Of a DNA stretch of 64,000 nt, positions 35,601 to 47,600 are shown piece after piece. Under the pieces are notes generated by a model that had not been told where the DNA came from, ran no database searches, and saw only the letters and a program-made list of their open reading frames with translations. Positions within the stretch are counted from its first letter, which is position 1. The number at the start of each line of letters is the position of its first letter. The position numbers were made by a program, and so were the translations under genes. The stretch lies in NCBI GenBank assembly GCA_002269645.1, contig NIVC01001476.1, positions 124,001 through 188,000 of the forward strand. Direction: 5' to 3'. The DNA comes from Macrostomum lignano (lineage: Eukaryota).

Positions 35601-38600
35601 ATTCAAGTAAGAGATAGATATACAGTAGTGGAAGTCTACTAAATACAGTACAGGCGCCAGCTATTTACCCTAGTGGCAGATGAAGAAGAGGAAGAGCTGC
35701 GGCAGTGAGCAGACAGCTGGGTGGTCCATGAGCACTGTAGCACTGCCCACATAGTACTTATTCTAGCCAGATCTCCAACACTCTGGGCTTATCTAAACAA
35801 AGAATCCGAAGCAAGTCCATATACGGCATTGACAAGCCCTTGAAACTATATGCGCGATGATTGAACGAAATTGCGCAGCAATTAACTCGCTTAAAAAGCA
35901 GAACGGCTTGCTTAAATTCGTATATCCTTGCTTCATAGTGCTAATACTTAGGGAATGCCAATGTTATTAGCAACCCAAAGTGAAAGGTCCGGAAAAATAA
36001 TTGCAGTTATCACTAATTAGCATTCAGCTAGCGATAAGAAACTGTGGCTCTGCTGTATAGCACCTACCTAGATCAGATAAGGCTTCAGTAAATCAGCGCA
36101 ATTTAACACCTTCACGAAGGATTTTTATACAGAAGACAACCCTGCCTTTTGGTTTGGGAACAAACAGGGTGGGTCAGCTGCTTGATTTGGAACCAAATAG
36201 GGAGCGGATCTTATGGTACGTATAGTTTCAGGAGGGCGGATCTCTGTGGCTTTGATTTGGAAGAAAAGGGGCGGATTTTGTGGCTTGGTTTCGGAAGGAA
36301 GGGGGCGGATCCTGTGGCTTGGTTTCGGAAGGAAAGGGGCGGATCCTGTGGCTTGGTTTCGGAAGGAAAGGGGCGGATCCTGTGGCTTGGTTTCGGAAGG
36401 AAAGGGGCGGATCCTGTGGCTTGGTTTCGGAAGGAAAGGGGCGGATGTTGTGGCTTGGTTTCGAAAGGAAAGGGGCGGATGTTGTGGCTTGGTTTCGGAA
36501 GGAAAGGGGCGGATGTTGTGTCTTGGTTTCGAAAGGAAAGGGGCGGATGTTGTGGCTTGGTTTCGGAAGGAAAGGGGCGGATGTTGTGGCTTGGTTTCGG
36601 AAGGAAAGGGGCGGATGTTGTGGCTTGGTTTCGGAAGGAAAGGGGTGGATCCTGTGGCTTGGTTTCGGAAGGAAAGGGGCGGATGTTGTGGCTTGGTTTC
36701 GGAAGGAAAGGGGCGGATCCTGTGGCTTGGTTTCGGAAGGAAAGGGGCGGATGTTGTGGCTTGGTTTCGAAAGGAAAGGGGCGGATGTTGTGGCTTGGTT
36801 TCGGAAGGAAAGGGGCGGATGTTGTGGCTTTGATTTGGAAGAAAAGGGGCGGATTTTGTGGCTTGGTTTCGGAAGGAAGGGGGCGGATCCTGTGGCTTGG
36901 TTTCGGAAGGAAAGGGGCGGATCCTGTGGCTTGGTTTCGGAAGGAAAGGGGCGGATGTTGTGGCTTGGTTTCGGAAGGAAAGGGGCGGATGTTGTGGCTT
37001 TGATTTGGAAGAAAAGGGGCGGATTTTGTGGCTTGGTTTCGGAAGGAAGGGGGCGGATCCTGTGGCTTGGTTTCGGAAGGAAAGGGGCGGATCCTGTGGC
37101 TTGGTTTCGGAAGGAAAGGGGCGGATCCTGTGGCTTGGTTTCGGAAGGAAAGGGGCGGATCCTGTGGCTTGGTTTCGGAAGGAAAGGGGCGGATGTTGTG
37201 GCTTGGTTTCGAAAGGAAAGGGGCGGATGTTGTGGCTTGGTTTCGGAAGGAAAGGGGCGGATGTTGTGTCTTGGTTTCGAAAGGAAAGGGGCGGATGTTG
37301 TGGCTTGGTTTCGGAAGGAAAGGGGCGGATGTTGTGGCTTGGTTTCGGAAGGAAAGGGGCGGATGTTGTGGCTTGGTTTCGGAAGGAAAGGGGTGGATCC
37401 TGTGGCTTGGTTTCGGAAGGAAAGGGGCGGATGTTGTGGCTTGGTTTCGGAAGGAAAGGGGCGGATCCTGTGGCTTGGTTTCGGAAGGAAAGGGGCGGAT
37501 GTTGTGGCTTGGTTTCGAAAGGAAAGGGGCGGATGTTGTGGCTTGGTTTCGGAAGGAAAGGGGCGGATGTTGTGGCTTTGATTTGGAAGAAAAGGGGCGG
37601 ATTTTGTGGCTTGGTTTCGGAAGGAAGGGGGCGGATCCTGTGGCTTGGTTTCGGAAGGAAAGGGGCGGATCCTGTGGCTTGGTTTCGGAAGGAAAGGGGC
37701 GGATGTTGTGGCTTGGTTTCGGAAGGAAAGGGGCGGATGTTGTGGCTTTGATTTGGAAGAAAAGGGGCGGATTTTGTGGCTTGGTTTCGGAAGGAAGGGG
37801 GCGGATCCTGTGGCTTGGTTTCGGAAGGAAAGGGGCGGATCCTGTGGCTTGGTTTCGGAAGGAAAGGGGCGGATCCTGTGGCTTGGTTTCGGAAGGAAAG
37901 GGGCGGATCCTGTGGCTTGGTTTCGGAAGGAAAGGGGCGGATGTTGTGGCTTGGTTTCGAAAGGAAAGGGGCGGATGTTGTGGCTTGGTTTCGGAAGGAA
38001 AGGGGCGGATGTTGTGTCTTGGTTTCGAAAGGAAAGGGGCGGATGTTGTGGCTTGGTTTCGGAAGGAAAGGGGCGGATGTTGTGGCTTGGTTTCGGAAGG
38101 AAAGGGGCGGATGTTGTGGCTTGGTTTCGGAAGGAAAGGGGCGGATGTTGTGGCTTGGTTTCGGAAGGAAAGGGGCGGATGTTGTGGCTTGGTTTCGAAA
38201 GGAAAGGGGCGGATGTTGTGGCTTGGTTTCGGAAGGAAAGGGGCGGATGTTGTGGCTTGGTTTCGAAAGGAAAGGGGCGGATGTTGTGGCTTGGTTTCGG
38301 AAGGAAAGGGGCGGATGTTGTGGCTTGGTTTCGGAAGGAAAGGGGCGGATGTTGTGGCTTGGTTTCGAAAGGAAAGGGGCGGATGCTGTGGCTTGGTTTC
38401 GGAAGGAAAGGGGCGGATTCTGTGGCTAGGAGCATCTTGAATTGAAGAATTCGAGTTGCTCAAACAGAACGGCCCACCATTTCTCAATTATGTATCATAT
38501 TTTGCAGCACCCGCAACTGTCTATAATGTAATTTCTACAACGCAGCCTATATACGCGGTTGTTTCCTCCAATTTCCATTTTCATGAAAAATACAGTTGGT

Positions 38601-41600
38601 CAACGTAGCGCTCGGCTCGACTTGCCGCCTCCCTTGGGGGGGGGACCTCAAGTCAAACTAATAGACAGCTGAGCGCGCTGGGATAATGGGAAATGTGCGT
38701 GGGCGCGACTAGTTCTAGCTATCTAAGAATAGTGGACGGGACTAGGGAGAGTCAGTTGGTTAGCCAAAGGATGAACGCGTCAAGAGCGAACCGCTGCGGG
38801 GCATACTGGGAGGCATCTGCCTTGTAGGTCCTGTAGGCGAGTGTGTCAGCACTGCGAGTGGGGCGAGTGGACAGGAGCGGCGGTAGGGGGGGAGGAGGGA
38901 AAGCGAGAGAGAGAGAGAGAATGGATGGTGGGCGGAGGCGCCCGTAAACGGAGTGTGAACGAAGGCCTAGAAAGGGTCAAGAAGCCCTTGAAATCCCTAC
39001 TAGTTCGCTCTACCACAATTCCCCAATCCCAATTTTTATACCAGAAGGCCGGTTTGTTCGTTTCAATCCATGCAGACCCGGCCTTTAAAATATAAAAACT
39101 GGACCGCCTCCCAGTGGCCCGAGGTGGGACTGCAAGCGAGGAAAGGGGAGGTGGGGAGGTGAGCGTTGTTACGTGATCCGCAGCGTACGCAGGACCCGCC
39201 TGTACATAGGAAAACTCTATACATCTATTGGAAGAAGGCGCCTTTAAACGTAATACATTTCTATCCATCTCTTTAGGCTTTAGATTAAGCAGCTGCTTGG
39301 CTGAAAAGAAGAAGAATAATAAAGGAGAACGGAGAGCTGACTCACTCCCCCCTCCCCCAATATTTTCCATCGCTTCCCATCCAGCCGATCCCAATCCACA
39401 GATGAGCACAGAGGCGACTGTCTGCAAGCGACACAAGGAAGGATAATTCTGTAGGCATACAGCGATAAGGGAGAGAGATAAAAGAAATTAGATCTGAGGG
39501 GAGGGGGCATGCTAAACCCTTCGGATGAGCCAAGCAGGCCAGGCTGGCAGAGGAATTAACTATTAGACTTTTTTCTGATCCACTGCCAGTGAGGGCGGCG
39601 GTTCGGTTGAATTGCGCGAATTGGGTGGAGGATTAACAGGCGGAGTGGGGTTGGGGGCTGCACTGCAGGTGCAGGTGAAGCAATAAGCCCTGTTAATCTC
39701 TACAAGGTACCTGCTTATTCTCCCTCCAAACTGCTCAATTTCCTTAACTTTCGTTACTTTTCCCTCTGCTGAGCAGGGATTTCGAATCTACTCACGTACT
39801 CCCGTGGGAGCAGGCCAAAGGGTGCCTAAAATAATTTCTTGGGGAATATTCTGCAGGTCAGGTGGGACTTGGCAAATCCGGGGATCAATTGGGGATGAAG
39901 AATAGGGATATACCATTAGTTTCAGGTAGAGAGAAAGCCCTAAAGCCAGGGCGTGACAACCCATCCCATCCGATGTAACAGGTTTTCCAATTAACGGATA
40001 GAAGGCTATATGAAAAAGCACAGCCAGATGGCCGAGCTTGTTAATAAAGCTACGCCTGCTATCTAAGAAAATCAATTTGAACATTACAAAAACACGCATT
40101 GATTTCTCAGAAAATCGCAAACAACGCAATCGTAAACATGGGCACATAGAAGACATTAAACCAAAAAGCCTCTATCCTGACCTCAGGTTTTTTGAAACTT
40201 CACAATAGCAATCCGGCCCGCTCAATGTCTCAGCTTTATTTTTTTCTCTCTCTAATCTCCTCTCCTCTCTTTCATCTTTCATCACCTGATCTTAAGATCT
40301 CGTCTCTCATCCCATCTCATCTCTCATCCCATCTCTAATCTTATCTTTTATCCCATCTCGTATCGTCTCTTATCCCATCACTAATAATTTCATCTCTCAT
40401 CCCATCTCTAATCTCATCTCGTCTCTTATCCGATCTTCCCTCTCGCCTCTCCCTTGTCTGGCCCGCAGCCATGAGTTAGATTATTTTTATCCGGCCTTAT
40501 GAGTAAAAAATTGTGCAGGCCCATGATTTAGAATCAGAATCAGCAGCAGGAGCCCGGTAGCTAGCTAGTAAATGCATTTATCAAACTGATGGGCCCTGAC
40601 AGACCCCTCTTTTTACCAGTCTCATAGGACTGGCAACATTTATTTTGGCTTTATTTTAGAGCTGGACAAAATCGTCGTCCTATCCTGCCTTGTCGCGTAG
40701 TGCACGGATGGAGCAGGGAGGCAGGGAGACATATAGGAATTAGCTAGGCGTACATTTGACTGCACCAGCGATGTGCGTGCGCTAGGGAAGGAAGAGAGGG
40801 GCGAGACGCGCACAAGGGCTTGGCATGGGAAAATCGATGCAGCAGTTGCGCTGCCGGGAGAAGCTGAGTTAGATTGCAAATCCCTATTCCCCCAGACTCG
40901 CTCACTCACTCTCTCTCTCTGCCGGGCTCTTTTCCCTTCTCATTATCCGCAGCAAGCCGCCTCCCGCCTCCACTCACTACTCAATTCTGTGAGTGTCACA
41001 GCGGCACCTCCATCCCCGGTGCCAACTTATTTACCCTGCTTCGGTGCTTATCAGCTACTCGAAACTTTTCGCTCACAGTTATTTGGCTTAAGCTGGCTGT
41101 ATTCGAAACACGAAGCATTGCTTTTTTATTTTCTGCTTGCTTCCAGGAGAAGGCAAAAAATGAACTGAAAAGTTGGTGATTTCGAGGAAACCTATTGGAC
41201 AAGAAAGAGTTGCTTATGGTTATGTTTCAATGGCGGCACCCTCTCTGCTGTGTCTGTTGGCTAGCTGTCTGTCTGTTTCACTGACTGCCGTCTGTCTGTC
41301 TGTTTCACTGACTGCTGTCTGTCTGTTTCACTGACTGCCGTCTGTCTGTCTGCCTGCCAGCTGTCTGTCTGTTTCACTGACTGCTGTCTGTCTGTCTGTT
41401 TCACTGACTGCTGTCTGTCTGTCTGTTTCACTGACTGCTGTCTGTCTGTCTGTTTCACTGACTGCTGTCTGTCTGTCTGTTTCACTGACTGCTGTCTGTC
41501 TGTCTGTTTCACTGACTGCTGTCTGTCTGTCTGTTTCACTGACTGCTGTCTGTCTGTCTGTTTCACTGACTGCTGTCTGTCTGTCTGCCTGCCAGCTGTC

Positions 41601-44600
41601 TGTCTATTTCACTGACTGCTGTCTGTCTGTCTGTCGCACTGACTGCTGTCTGTCTGTCTGCCAGCTGTCTGTCTGTCTCACTGACTGCTGTCTGCCAGCT
41701 GTCTGCCTGTATCACTGACTGCTGTCTGTCTGCCAGCTGTCTGTCTGTCTCACTGACTGCTGTCTGTCTGTCTGCCAGCTGTCCATCTGTCTCACTGACT
41801 GCTGTCTGTCTGTCTGCCAGTCTCACTGACTGCTGTCTGTCTGTCTGCCAGCTGTCTGCCTGTATCACTGACTGCTGTCTGTCTGTCTGCCAGCTGTCTG
41901 TCTGTCTGTCAGCTGTCTGTCTGTCTCACTGACTGCTGTCTATCTGTCTCACTGACTTCTGTCTGTCTGTCTGCCAGCTGTCTGCCTGTATCACTGACTG
42001 CTGTCTGTCTGTCTGCCAGCTGTCTGTCTGTCTCACTAACTGCTGTCTATCTGTCTCACTGACTTCTGTCTGTCTGTCTGCCAGCTGTCTGCCTGTATCA
42101 CTGACTGCTGTCTGTCTGTCTGCCAGCTGTCTGTCTGTCTGCCAGCTGTCTGTCTGTCTCACTGACTGCTGTCTGTCTGTCTGCCAGCTGTCTGTCTGTC
42201 TGTCAGCTGTCTGTCTGTCTCACTGACTGCTGTCTATCTGTCTCACTGACTTCTGTCTGTCTGTCTGCCAGCTGTCTGCCTGTCTGTCTGTCAGCTGTCT
42301 GTCTGTCTGTCTGCCAGCTGTCTGTCTGTCTGTCAGCTGTCTGTCTGTCTCACTGACTGCTGTCTGTCTGTTTCACTGAATGCTGCCTGTCTGTCTGCCA
42401 GCCGCCAGCCTGCTTCAGTGGTTTTGATTGTCAGCTGTTTCTAATATTACACTGACGTTAGCGCATAAAGGACACACGGACGCCATGGACACCAATAAGT
42501 AAAATAGATTTGCGGACAGGCCAAAAGGGAAAACAATCATAAAACAATATTTGACAATGCAATCAATATCCCCATTATTCCCACTCAACGTTGCTTAAAA
42601 GATTAGTCTATGTAATCACAAAACAAGGCATAAAATTGAATCAGAGTTACGCAATAAGTTCATTAAATGTAAAACCGTGTTCGAAAAAACACAATTACAT
42701 TAAATGCATGTGAAGTTAAAATATTGATTAGCTAAAAAACAGGTTGAGATTAGACGAACGCTTTATAAAAAAGCCTAATTCGAGGTTAGAATGACGCGGT
42801 TAGGAATCTGACAAATACATGAGTACATATCATGTGATGTAGCTAGTTTTCAAGCTTAAAGCTTATAATGAGGGCCAAGATCCCGCTGGCAAATTAAACA
42901 CTAGCTAATTAGCAATACAGATTCAGTTTAAATTCCGTTAGCTAATCAATGCCTGCAGCCAATTCTTCTAATGGATCCTTTTTACCCACAATAACTTTAT
43001 TTGATATTGTTTCCACAAAGCAAATCAGACATACAGACACAGACAGACAGACAGACAGACAGACTTGCAGACAAGACGGACAGACAGATCGACAGACATA
43101 CTTGCAGACAAGACGGATAGACACACAGACAGATCGACAGACAGACAGACATACTTGCAGACAAGACGGACAGACACACAGACAGATCGACAGACAGACA
43201 GACATACTTGCAGACAAGACGGACAGACACACAGACAGACAGAGACTGACATACAGACCGACAGACAGACAAACAGACAGACATACTTGCAGACAAGACG
43301 GACAGACACACAGACACACAGACAGACAGACAGACATACTTGCAGACAAGACGGACAGACACACAGACAGACAGACAGACAGACATACTTGCAGACAAGA
43401 CGGATAGACACACAGACAGATCGACAGACAGACAGACATACTTGCAGACAAGACGGACAGACACAGACCGACAGACAGACAGACATACTTACAGATAAGA
43501 CGGACAGACACACAGACAGATCGACAGACAATAAGACAGACCCACTAACACTCTTTGATTACGAACCAAGCTCCAACTAAAATAAAAAACAGCCTAAGAA
43601 TAAAAAAATAGCATTTGACAGACACATACACACACTTACTAGATAACTCAGCACTCAAAGCACTGCTACTGCTGTTATTGTAGCTGGCTGCAGTAGTGCT
43701 GCGGCTGATTGCTGTAAAATCAATCATTTATAGACGGATAAATAAACAGTATAGACAGAAGCATGACGTTAATAAAATTATCAAGGAGAATTGTGCTCGC
43801 AAGGAATTCAGTTTTGAAGCGACTAGCCTATTTAGTGACTAATGAGGAAGAATGGAGGGACAGATAGCTTCAAAGTCATGAATGAAAGTCTATCAAGGAT
43901 TTCTAAAAGTAGCAATTGAACTGGAAATGTTTTGAAGGCCTATTTGTTGAGCCTTTGTTGAGCCATTGAGCCTTCGAAATGACATCCACTATTGGGAACT
44001 ACTGTGGATATTTCTAGCCATTCAAAATCAAGCATCATTTTAATCAGCAATTCCATTATTTAGCAATACACAGATTACATATTCTCCAGTAGTAGAATAG
44101 ATAGGTAGATAGATTGGTAGGTAGGTGGATGCTTAGCCGCCGCAGATCTCATCACAATTTCGGTTCCTCATCCGGCTGTCTCGGATAAACAATAAAGAAA
44201 CTTTGAACACAAAAAAATGACAATAAGGACAAGCCGGTTATAACAAGCATGTGAAACACTGACTGACGGTCGGCCAAGCACACACGGGCGGGTCCCAGGC
44301 ATTTGCTGCGTTAACGCGGTAATACTGGATTATAGAATCCAGCGTATGGGTCACCAATTATCACCACTGTACCTTGCGTGGAGGCTTCTACACCTAAAAT
44401 AGAATAGGGAAAGGAGGGGGGCGGGAGGAAAGCGAATAGAGAGGCTGCATGCGGGAGTTAAATAATGAAGAGAAAAAAGATCAATGAATTAGGAAACTGC
44501 TTATTTAATTAGTGCAAAAGGTGTGGCGCAACACTTTGTTAAGCTTATTTAATAATTAACACTACGCGCTGCCTTGTATATAAGACAATACCTTTTCACG

Positions 44601-47600
44601 TTCACACTTGATCAAAGCGGAAATTCAATTCAGCCTGGGGCAACGTCTATGTCTATGGCTAAACCCAATGAGAAAGACTGAGAAGAACATGATATCTGTT
44701 TCGTTTGATATTCTGCACGCTGCCACCGAAGCAAGGTTTAGCCATAGAGATAAAGTCTATGTTTGAATTGAAACTGCTGTCCTCTTTAGTGTTTTTTAGA
44801 ACTTGATTTTGATCAAAATTGAACGTGAAAAGGTGTACTATTTAGTCTATAAGTGGACACAACGCAGACCTATATCTAGTTCACTATGATTACACATCAA
44901 GCTAACTAATTACTACATATCTATCAGCTTTAGCCAGTCTTATTAATGAGAGTATATATAATCACTACAGCAAGCGGATTCTGTGGCTTGGGCCTGTCCA
45001 ATTGCTTATTATAATAATTGATACTGCTCTTCTTAGTTATGTATAACCGGGGCTGGAATCTTAGCTAAACCCAACTCTCACTCTGCCAAAGTGCAGCTTT
45101 AATCCACCAATATAGCGTTACGATAATGCACAAAAGCTTACTGAATATGAAAGCGATATAAATTATTAGTATTCGCTGGCGGTTTCACTTCAGACTATTA
45201 GGAGAATCGCATTTGAACTAATTAATTGAAGCAGGTTTATTAATAACTCCCTAATACTTATTGTTGAATTCAAAGGCATCGAGCATATTTAACAAGCAGA
45301 TCTATGAATATTAAACATTAGTTAATAATGGCCAAGGCTCACGCTAAATATGAAAAGCACATTTGGTTTCACACGCAATTGCTGAAGAATTTAGGTTCGA
45401 CACAGCAAATTGAGAATTTTCACTGTTATTTTTGTCACCTTATGAACTTTCGATAGACATATAAACTTGGTATGAATATTAGAGACAGTTTAGGTACAAG
45501 TTTGACTATATTGACTTATTAAAGGTCAAATAGCTTCAAGTAATATTCGAATTCGAAAGTTCAGAAGTATGCTTCGTTAATTTATTTTACGAGTAAAGTG
45601 TTACGTTCTCTTATTACGTCATCAGTTTAAAAGGGCGCCTCTCTCCGATTTTCTAATAAACACTATATGAAAACAGCATCTAATAATAAATATAACACCT
45701 GGCACTCACCGACAATAGAGATCTTCTGTCTAACGGGAGATTCGGCACCACCCTCCAGGCCGCAGGTGATTGACAGCTCCTTGGCGGCCGCGGCCTCCTT
45801 GAGTTTAATATAGGCCCGAGACACGCCGTCCTTGGCCTCGTAGCGGGGATAGCCGGGCTCCAGCAGGCTGTCCGAGTCCTCAACGGTGACGCTCAGCTGC
45901 TTAGCCGGATTGTTAGCGAGAGAGCAGACATCGATCTCATCGTTGGTCTGGGTAATGCTGCTGGGCATCACTATGGCAGAGTGGCTGGCGCCGTCTGCGG
46001 GCAATGCGGGGCGGTTGGGCGGCAGCAGATTAAAAAACAAGATCTCACAGTGTCTGGGATCTCAACCTCCATAGAGACTGTCTGGGATCTCACCCTTCAC
46101 AGAGAATGTCAGGGATTTCAACCTTCACACAGAGAATGTCAGGGATCTCAATCTTCACACAGAGAATGTCAGGGATCTCAACCTTCACACAGAGAATGTC
46201 AGGGATCTCAACCTTCACACAGAGAATGTCAGGGATCTCAACCTTCACACAGAGAATGTCAGGGATCTCACCCTTCACACAGAGAATGTCAGGGATCTCA
46301 CCCTTCACACAGAGAATGTCAGGGATCTCACCCTTCACACAGAGAATGTCAGGGATCTCACCCTTCACACAGAGAATGTCAGGGATCTCACCCTTCACAC
46401 AGAGAATGTCAGGGATCTCAATCTTCACACAAAGAATGTCAGGGATCTTAACCTTCACACAGAGAATGTTTGTAATCTCGCCCTTTAAAAGAGAATGTCT
46501 GGGATCTCACCCTTCACACAGAGAATGTCAGGGATCTCAATCTTCACACAAAGAATGTCAGGGATCTTAACCTTCACACAGAGAATGTTTGTAATCTCGC
46601 CCTTTAAAAGAGAATGTCTGGGATCTCACCATTCGCGCAGAATGTCTGGAATCTCACCCCTTAAATATGTCATTAATAAATAATTATGAGTCGAATTACT
46701 CACACACTGGAACAATAGTCATCTCCTTGGACTTTTGAGTACCGAATCCATTGTGCAGAGAGCATATAATTTTTAGGCTAATCTGTTTCGGCACAATGTA
46801 ATTAACGCTAACGCGACCATTGTCCTCAGCGGCCGGTGTCTTAGTAAGTCTAAGCTGTCCGCCAGCGGTGATAGTGTACTCTGGCGCAGGTTGAACCGGA
46901 CTAGCGGTGCAGACGATGCTCACATTGACGCCGGCGTCAACTTCGCCATTATCGGCGATAGGACTGCCTTTGCCAGCCCGCTTCACTTCGAGCAGGCCCA
47001 CCTCCGGCGTCTCGTCGCCAACAGTGAGCGAAGTGTACTGCGAGTTAATGCTAGTCTTACTGTAATCGCTCGCGACCAGGTGAAATGAGCAGCGATATTC
47101 TGCGGCAGTTTGCTCAGAAGCGGTAATACCTGTCACTTGCAGCGATTGACAGCTGCTAGGATTAACCGAAGCAATTTGGAATTCTTTCTCAAGCTTCTTC
47201 TGCCTAGTTTTCAGCGGCTGACAGCCCTGGTCGAATTTTACCACGTCGTCAACCATGCCATTTTTAGTGCGAGTGAGAAAGAAGAAGGAAACCACCGCTT
47301 CTGTTGGCGCGTTGCTCGCAGAGCATTCGAATATGACGGGCTGGCCGCGGACCGCCTTTGACGGCGTGATGGTCAATGTAGCTTCGCCCTGCTGCAGCGA
47401 CTGCCGAGGCGTCACTGTTCAGAATTGGGACATAATATGAATCAAACCTCTTGAGCATCCATCTGACTATAAAAAGATAGAATTTAAATTCTAGAAATTA
47501 TTTAACACTAAAGTACTTTTAAATGACCATTGCTTTTAGTATAAGGCAGGATATATTCTTGCTAGATACTTCTAACAATGGGAAAAGGCTATAATATTTG

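Noticed and set aside
36149-38487. Multiple 200-758 aa ORFs on both strands
   Set aside because: Translations of the 34-bp minisatellite that open in all frames; not genes.
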